Origin: Sanchytrium tribonematis
Taxonomy: Eukaryota
Length of the DNA stretch: 37,098 bases
Assembly (NCBI GenBank): GCA_018985235.1
Contig: JADGIG010000031.1
Coordinates: forward strand, 1 to 37,098
Direction of reading: 5' to 3'
Notes under the pieces: generated by a model
Database searches by the model: none
What the model saw: the letters and a program-made list of their open reading frames with translations, nothing else
Told to the model about the DNA's origin: nothing
Shown here: piece by piece, positions 30,212 to 37,098 of the stretch
Numbering within the stretch: position 1 is the stretch's first letter
Layout: every line of letters begins with the position of its first letter
Translations under genes and position numbers: made by a program

Positions 30212-31813
30212 TTATTCTTGTTTTACAAATGGTTGAAGAGGTAGATGATATTTGAATCCTAATTTGATCATGCAGTCTTTTAGATGCAGATTAAATTTAG
30301 TTTTCAACTTCATTCTTTTGCCACCGTCTACCCAATTCCTTTTATAGGTCAAAAACATTGTAAGTGTCAATTTCGACATATTTTCCAAATCAATGACATT
30401 CACGGTAATACCCGGATCATAATCTCTAGAATTGTGATTTAAAAATTCAATTAGCATTCTGTTCAATTCTGTAATTTTTTCTGCTGGCGTATCAAATGAA
30501 ACATCCACCATTATGGATTCAGACTGCATTTCACTTCTCCTAATATTATAAATACTTTGTACATTTAATACAGAATTAGGCATGTACACTTCCTGACCAT
30601 CTACTCTGATAAATGTCGTAGTGAGTAGTCCTAATTCTTTCACAACCAAATTTTCTCCTCTAATGTAAACACGATCATTTGTGTCAAAAGGATGAGTGAC
30701 AAAAACAAATAAAATTGAGGAAAATGTATCCTTTGCACTCTGTCCGAAAATAAAACTTAACCCGATTAAAAAGGAACTGAGAGGGACGAGTGTAGCGACT
30801 GGATTGCCAGGACTAAATATTGCAACAGCAACAAAGAGAGTAATTACAAAACATACTGTTTTCAAAATTCTGTCCAACTTGGATATCGCATGGGTGATAT
30901 CATTTAAGCTGTTATTAATTGCTCTTCTTTCTTCATAAATTTGCAATATAATAGATCTCATTTCTGATTTGATGATGTCCCCATCGCCATTTTTATCAAA
31001 AATAGAAAACGCTTCAACAGCTTCAACTTGAGTTGGAAAAAAAGGAACTAAATCATCCAATTCCACTTTATCTCTTCCGTGAGATAAAGCTTCAAATAGC
31101 TTTTTCGCTTGATGAACTGCTTGCTGGTTAGATGTCATATCTACATTAAATAGTTCACGACTGGCTGTTATGCACCTATCCAATCTATCAATTGTTTTCA
31201 AAGCAAGTTTGTTGGCCTTGATCCTATCATAGAAAGCCATTTTGTGAAAGCCAATGCCAATCTTCCTAATAATTAAAGACTCTATAAATAAAAGCCCTGT
31301 CAAAATTGAGAATGAAAGCAGAAAACTAAAGACCATTTTGTCATCGACATCCTTATAATCTGAAGTAATATCCTTATCAATAAATAAGGCCTTGTAATAA
31401 ACCAACAATAAAATAAACATAGTAAATCGTGCAAAAGGGATTGCAATAGACCGAACGTGTTCTACATAGCTTTTTAACATTTCAATTGGAAGATTGAAAA
31501 GAGCTAATAGAAAGATGACCAATACAGGTAAAAAATAGAGCATAATTCTGACGATACCCATCCAAATCCATCCAAATAGCACCATAGTCGCAAACTTATA
31601 AGCGTAATGTGCACCTCGGTCGTTTTCAGTCGGATCAAAAGGGTTCTTATTATCTGATATCGCCAAAGTAATGATATAAAAAGGCAATACGATAATAAAG
31701 TATTTGATATGACGTGCTGTCAAGTATGATTTGCTTTTTGGTTGTTTTAATAATTCAGTTTCCACGGACATGCTCGACATTCTTTTATCTTTCTCGAGTA
31801 AAGATGCTGACAT
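30212..31813 (-). CDS. MscS-like mechanosensitive channel with EF-hand (fission yeast Msy1/Msy2 type)
   Basis: FH..AFYDRI, AFSIFDKNGDGDIIKSE, LSFIFG, FVFVTHPFDTNDRV, LLTTTF.RVDG, PNSVL, NIRRS. Confidence 0.93.
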   Translation of the reverse strand: MSASLLEKDKRMSSMSVETELLKQPKSKSYLTARHIKYFIIVLPFYIITLAISDNKNPFDPTENDRGAHYAYKFATMVLFGWIWMGIVRIMLYFLPVLVIFLLALFNLPIEMLKSYVEHVRSIAIPFARFTMFILLLVYYKALFIDKDITSDYKDVDDKMVFSFLLSFSILTGLLFIESLIIRKIGIGFHKMAFYDRIKANKLALKTIDRLDRCITASRELFNVDMTSNQQAVHQAKKLFEALSHGRDKVELDDLVPFFPTQVEAVEAFSIFDKNGDGDIIKSEMRSIILQIYEERRAINNSLNDITHAISKLDRILKTVCFVITLFVAVAIFSPGNPVATLVPLSSFLIGLSFIFGQSAKDTFSSILFVFVTHPFDTNDRVYIRGENLVVKELGLLTTTFIRVDGQEVYMPNSVLNVQSIYNIRRSEMQSESIMVDVSFDTPAEKITELNRMLIEFLNHNSRDYDPGITVNVIDLENMSKLTLTMFLTYKRNWVDGGKRMKLKTKFNLHLKDCMIKLGFKYHLPLQPFVKQE

Positions 31814-31996
31814 GTGAGTTCTCCTTGTTTAAGTAGTGATAAATATTGAGATTTTGCCAATCAAAAATTGAGCACTACTTTTAAATTATATTTAGGATCT
31901 TTCATCTGCCAATTTATTGATAAATTACGAAAAGCTGAAAATCTCACTAGTAGATTAATTAAGTTTAATCCAACAAGGCTTATTAGACAGAAGCAA

Positions 31997-33686
31997 TCAC
32001 AGACTACAAAACAATGCGAAAACGTCAATTGCTACTTGAATTCCCATCAATATTGTCACTGTCCCAATAACACCCCCAACTGTTTCTAGAGGCAACCACA
32101 TAAAGAACAAAGTTAAGGTCCCCATAATTGCTCTACTAAATAGGATCGTATTTCTATTGGTATCGCCAGCAATTCGATTAATCAATTTTATAATTGAGCT
32201 CATAATCAGCAGCATCCCAAAAGATATGTAGGTCTGATCCAGTAAGTAATTATCTACCTTGGAGTCAGACATATAAGTTGCTTTGATTAACATTTCTAGT
32301 GATTTTCCAGAGTACATCAAGCTCATATGGAACAAAAAGTGAGAAAATATCCACAATAAAAGCACTACGCCTTTTTTGCTAAGGGCGGAAGCACCAAAGT
32401 CGTCAAAATATATCCACCAAATTGAGAACGCTATAGAGAAGCATAAAAGCAATAAAACGCTAAATCAAAATTAATTACATTTGGTAAACTGTCCAGTCAA
32501 TTTCTGTGACACTGATTGTAGTTCCAAGTAACAAATCTCCCAATATAATTGAGGTGATGACTGCAAATCTTTCTGCTAAATAAAACCCAGTATGTGGAAT
32601 TTGATTGCCTTGAAATAATATGAATATTGACCAGTCAATGACAATGGTTAGCACCATGATAGCTTGCGCAGTGCCGTTCAATATTCCTGGAATGAAAAGA
32701 AGTAACCACATATTCATATTCACAAAATGGGATATGCAAAACGGCGCAACACTAATTATTCGTTTTCTCTTGTTTTGAACTAGTAACACAATGATGTATT
32801 GAATAAATTGAATGAATCTGGAAAATGCAAATGTAAATCCAAATGCTCGCAGAACGTCTTCGTCTTTAAAGATATTTTTTTGCAAAACAGTGAACAGTCC
32901 AATGACTATTAGTTGCAGGAATCTAAAGATCCTATTCACAAGATCGTCGTGCTCGAAACCTGTAGCAAATATACTAATCATTAGCCAATGTTGCCAAATA
33001 ATGCTTATTAAGACTGTGTAATTGATGTATGTTATTGGTGTTGAGAGTTTCATATTGTGGTTAAGCTGGAAAAATGCGGCTACGTAGAATAAGTCGATTA
33101 AAAGTTCTGACCAAGACGCTTGTTTTTCTACAACAACATTGGGATTAAAAATATCCCTTTTCTTTGACCTGTGGTGGGTTGTATGGTGGATTTTTTGACC
33201 TGCAATGTGCCTGTGCCTTATGGCTCTTTCCAATTCTATTACATCAAGGTCCTCATATTTTACTTCAATTGGAATTTCTAAATTTTCTAAATAAGATTGC
33301 AGTGTTATTTCATTTGGTATAAGTGATGATAAATCATTCATTTCTTGATCGGTGAGACCAATTTGTTTGCTTAGTAAATCTATTTCATCGAAACTTAGAC
33401 TTCCACCAGTTTTATATATTTTTGGACAATGGACAATTATGATTTGTTCGTCTTCGCTATCGCTGTCAAAAAACGAAACGTGACTACTAATGTAGGAGTT
33501 AGATGCATCTGTTGACACAGATTTTACATCTTCTTTTGTATTTCCACCCTGAGAAACAACCTTCTCAATTTTTGGTTCCTCTGTTAGTGATCGATCAAGA
33601 CTTCTGTGAGCCGTAAAGGATGGTTGTCTGATATTTAAGTCGGAAAACATCTTTGAGGAATTAAAAATCGATCTCGGAGATGTCAT
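31997..33686 (-). CDS. LtrA (low temperature requirement A) family membrane protein with long cytosolic N-terminus; two exons (33686-32479, 32459-31997), 556 aa
   Basis: ASWSELLIDLFYVAAF, LAERFAVITSIILGD, then after the intron IWWIYFD and WIFSHFLFH. Confidence 0.88.
32460..32478 (-). other. 19-nt spliceosomal intron (phase 2)
   Basis: GTAATTAATTTTGATTTAG. Removal gives VYQI-VLLLLCFSIAFSIWWIYFD. Confidence 0.9.
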
Positions 33687-33815
33687 TTTTTAAAGAATGA
33701 TGTATGAGAATTCTGAAACCAATGGATCTCTTTGTTTTAAGGAATTTCATCACTAAAGGGAAAATCTGGATAATGCGAATCTGTCAAAGAAAATATCAAA
33801 TTGTTTACTGGTTGT

Positions 33816-34247
33816 TTACTTTAATGGGACAAACTTGGAGGATGCAGTAGCCCCGATACCCGGTCTACCGTGCTTAACAGGCTTATATGCGAGAGAATAT
33901 TCACCAAGATATGTACCAACCATTTCTGGCTTAATTTCCACCTGGATAAATTCTTTTCCGTTGTATACACCGACAATGCTTCCAATCATTTCTGGGACAA
34001 CAATCATATTTCTCAGATGAGTTTTGACAACTGCAGGTTTTTCGTCTTGAGGCGCATTTTTCTTTGCAAGTCTCAACTTCTTAATTAGAGCCAATGGCTT
34101 TCTCTTTAATCCTCTTCCAAACTTACGTCTGACACGAGAAACAAATAATGGCAATAATTGTTCATTTGTCATATCTAATAATTGGGATAATTCTATACCT
34201 CTGTAGGTGAAGATCTTAAATGGTCTCTTTCTAGGTGCTTCTGACAT
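33816..34247 (-). CDS. RPS15: 40S ribosomal protein S15 (uS19), intronless
   Basis: [57 protein letters not shown]. Confidence 0.98.
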   Translation of the reverse strand: MSEAPRKRPFKIFTYRGIELSQLLDMTNEQLLPLFVSRVRRKFGRGLKRKPLALIKKLRLAKKNAPQDEKPAVVKTHLRNMIVVPEMIGSIVGVYNGKEFIQVEIKPEMVGTYLGEYSLAYKPVKHGRPGIGATASSKFVPLK

Positions 34248-34286
34248 AAGTTAATCATTTCAAACCTAATCTTGAACAAAAATTCT

Positions 34287-34306
34287 CACGTGTTTTCATC
34301 CAATCA
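34287..34306 (-). promoter_or_regulatory. Inverted CCAAT box plus E-box upstream of RPS15
   Basis: The gene strand reads TGATTGG-atgaaaa-CACGTG, matching the RPS7 module. Confidence 0.6.
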
Positions 34307-34474
34307 AATTGCTCGAACATAAGTTTTGATTTTTTAAAATTGTGAATAATTTGTTCTTTCTAAATAAGATATAGATATAAAATATCGATAGAGCGTCTGC
34401 TTAATAGCCGGATATATTCAAGTCTGACTCGGAAACATAGATTATGATATTTTGCGATTCACCTTGAAACAAAT

Positions 34475-35075
34475 ATGTTTTCAGGAATATTTGATTGGAT
34501 CTGGAACGCACTTGCTCAACTTGGGCTTGTAAATAAGAGTGCAAAAATCTTATTTCTCGGTCTTGACAATGCAGGTAAAACAACCTTACTTCATATGCTA
34601 AAAAATAATCGTTTGGCCACTTTACAACCAACTTTGCACCCAACCAGCGAAGAATTAAATATTGGAAATATCCGCTTCAACACCTTTGATCTCGGTGGGC
34701 ATGAGCAAGCTAGAAGACTCTGGAGAGATTATTTTCCAGATGTTGATGCAGTTGTCTATTTAGTTGACGCTGCTGATCCAAATAGACTTTCAGAATCTAA
34801 AGCTGAGCTAGACCATCTAATGCAGCTACAAGACTTAAGCACTGTCCCTTTTTTGATTTTGGGTAATAAAATTGATGCACCTGGAGCTGTAAGTGAAGAA
34901 TATTTGAGACAAGCGCTTGGAGTTGTAAGCACTACTGGCAAAGGAACTGTTAAACTAGGACAAAGTATTTATAATTAATGTAGATGTCCGTCCAATTGAA
35001 GTATTTATGGTGAGTGTTGTCATGCGACAAGGATATGGCGAAGGATTTAGATGGATGTCACAATACATTAAATAA
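34475..35075 (+). CDS. SAR1: COPII small GTPase Sar1; two exons (34475-34964, 34984-35075), 193 aa
   Basis: [36 protein letters not shown]. Exon 2 supplies the conserved [25 protein letters not shown]. Confidence 0.98.
34965..34983 (+). other. 19-nt spliceosomal intron (phase 1)
   Basis: GTATTTATAATTAATGTAG. It contains an in-frame TAA, and removal restores the conserved Sar1 C-terminus. Confidence 0.95.
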
Positions 35076-35091
35076 GGAGTAAACAAATTTC

Positions 35092-35832
35092 ATGTTACGT
35101 TTTTCACGTTCTCTAAAAACTCATTTTGGTTTCCAGAACGTTGAGTCCGAAAGAAAGGCATTCCTTGTACAAGACGTTTTTTCAAAAGTTGCAAATAAGT
35201 ATGACTTGATGAATGATTTCATGAGTCTTGGAGTTCACCGATGTTGGAAATCGCACTTTGTTAAAAGACTATCACCTTTACCAAATATGAAAGTACTTGA
35301 TGTTGCTGGAGGCACCGGTGATGTCGCATTCAAAATTCACAGATTATCACCGTATACTCAAATCGAGGTTGTAGATTTAAATAAAGAAATGCTCAATGTG
35401 GGAGAAAATAAGAATAGTTCTAATTTGATTAAATTTACCCACAGCAATGCGGAAGATTTAAAAGAAATTGAGTCAGACAGTAGGGATGTTTATTGCATTG
35501 TTTTTGGAATTAGAAATTGCACACATATAGATAAAGTTATCAAAGAAGCCCATAGAGTTCTAAGACGGGGTGGAAGAATAATGGTCATGGAATTTTCAAA
35601 AGTACATCCGCTATTACAACCAGCCTATGACTGGTATTCTTTTAATATAATACCTCAAATTGGAAAATATGTCTCTAATGACGAGGCAAGTTACAAATAC
35701 CTGGTCGAATCTATAAGAATGTTTCCTTCACAGGATGACTTTCAATCACTTATGGCTGAGCATTTTACAATGGATAAATACGAAGATTTGACCGGTGGAA
35801 TCGCTACGATTTGGTCTGGTTACAAAATATAG
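35092..35832 (+). CDS. COQ5: Ubiquinone biosynthesis C-methyltransferase Coq5 (UbiE family)
   Basis: THFGF, VFSKVANKYDLMNDFMSLGVHRCWK, LDVAGGTGDVAF, FGIRNCTH, SYKYLVESIRMFPSQ. Confidence 0.96.
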   Translation: MLRFSRSLKTHFGFQNVESERKAFLVQDVFSKVANKYDLMNDFMSLGVHRCWKSHFVKRLSPLPNMKVLDVAGGTGDVAFKIHRLSPYTQIEVVDLNKEMLNVGENKNSSNLIKFTHSNAEDLKEIESDSRDVYCIVFGIRNCTHIDKVIKEAHRVLRRGGRIMVMEFSKVHPLLQPAYDWYSFNIIPQIGKYVSNDEASYKYLVESIRMFPSQDDFQSLMAEHFTMDKYEDLTGGIATIWSGYKI

Positions 35833-35930
35833 TAAATTAATTTTTTATGAAACGCATTACATACGAACATAAATTAATAAATATTTTGCAAGAAAAGTAT
35901 TAATATCTAAGTGAAATGAAGAACTTGAGC

Positions 35931-35936
35931 AAAAAA
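35931..35936 (-). terminator. RNA polymerase III terminator (T6) for the tRNA
   Basis: A run of six T on the minus strand, 4 nt after the tRNA 3' end. Confidence 0.75.
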
Positions 35937-35940
35937 CTAA

Positions 35941-36011
35941 TGCGTCAGCGGGGAATCGAACCCCGGTCACTTGCATGGCAAGCAAGTATTATGCCACTAA
36001 ACCACTAACGC
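35941..36011 (-). tRNA. tRNA-Gly(GCC), intronless, CCA not encoded
   Basis: GCGTTAG/CTGACGC acceptor stem, AGTGG D-loop, CTTGC-TTGCCAT-GCAAG anticodon arm, CGGGG-TTCGATT-CCCCG T-arm. Confidence 0.96.
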
Positions 36012-36066
36012 GCTGACATGAATTAAAATTAGGCTATATATTTTATTTAATTTGGATTATTGATAA

Positions 36067-36736
<670 letters not shown>

Positions 36737-36839
36737 GTTGATTTATGGTTTTAATTATATATGAAGTGGCGATTTTGCACCCCTTGGCCTTGCCGAACTC
36801 AATATATAAGAAAGATTTAGTTGATCTTTGATACGTGAA

Positions 36840-36962
36840 ATGTTCTACAACCAGCCAGTAGATCATTACAACTTGAAAAAAGAAGCAAAAATGAGCTTAA
36901 AAGAGATTTCAGAAATGCATGCAGCATTCGACAAAATCGTTGATCGGTGGATTGAAGACTAA
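36840..36962 (+). CDS. Candidate 40-aa microprotein
   Basis: MFYNQPVDHYNLKKEAKMSLKEISEMHAAFDKIVDRWIED, with TATATAA at 36803-36809 and AATAAA at 36971-36976. Confidence 0.35.
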   Translation: MFYNQPVDHYNLKKEAKMSLKEISEMHAAFDKIVDRWIED

Positions 36963-37048
36963 AATTTGTAAATAAAAATTTGGCTTTACTTGGGTCGGGC
37001 TCTGCTTTTTTGGTATCTTTAAAATCCCCTTAAATTATTGTTGCAAAA

Positions 37049-37098
37049 ATGGCTGGCGTTCTCCTAAATGTTGGCAAACCAAATAATAATTGTGAGTC
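37049..37098 (+). CDS. Possible start of the next gene (MAGVLLNVGKPNNNCE...), running off the window
   Basis: ATG in A-rich context (caaaaATGG), open to the window end. Only 16 codons are visible. Confidence 0.25.
   Translation, partial: MAGVLLNVGKPNNNCE

Noticed and set aside
34241..34265. Possible 25-nt GT-AG intron spanning the RPS15 start
   Set aside because: It would remove the ATG of an already complete protein and does not fit the GTA/-6A consensus.
35076..35080. GGAG Shine-Dalgarno-like motif before COQ5
   Set aside because: The context is clearly eukaryotic nuclear DNA, and a single 4-mer is expected by chance.
36959..37098. Minus-strand gene end with a 16-nt or GC-AG intron near the window edge
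   Set aside because: The candidate segments lack the GTA start and 19-nt length, and no recognisable protein results.

Overview
Gene-dense, AT-rich eukaryotic DNA read with the standard genetic code (TAA, TAG and TGA all end conserved genes). The gene content points to an early-diverging fungus or close relative with respiring mitochondria. Fungal-type genes are Mdm34, a GT71 mannosyltransferase, a Rim15-type kinase and Ypp1. Genes usually missing from Dikarya are a P2C Na/K-type ATPase, a Flightless-I-like protein and a PPP4R4-like protein. COX11 and COQ5 indicate respiration. There are about 26 protein genes and one tRNA-Gly(GCC), with intergenic gaps from overlapping to about 330 nt. Main signal: seven genes whose ORFs appear frameshifted or truncated are each repaired by removing a GT-AG intron of exactly 19 nt. 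The consensus is GTA-N6-aYTnAYnwAG, with an invariant putative branch A six bases from the 3' end, which suggests a fixed-length ultra-short spliceosomal intron system in a fungal-type nucleus. Secondary signals: these introns lie mostly near 3' ends; both ribosomal protein genes share a TGATTGG-N6/7-CACGTG promoter module; AATAAA often overlaps stop codons; the P2C pump has PQGL instead of PEGL; the Flightless-I lacks LRRs; and there is a candidate KR-processed secreted peptide precursor. All calls are by eye, without database searches.
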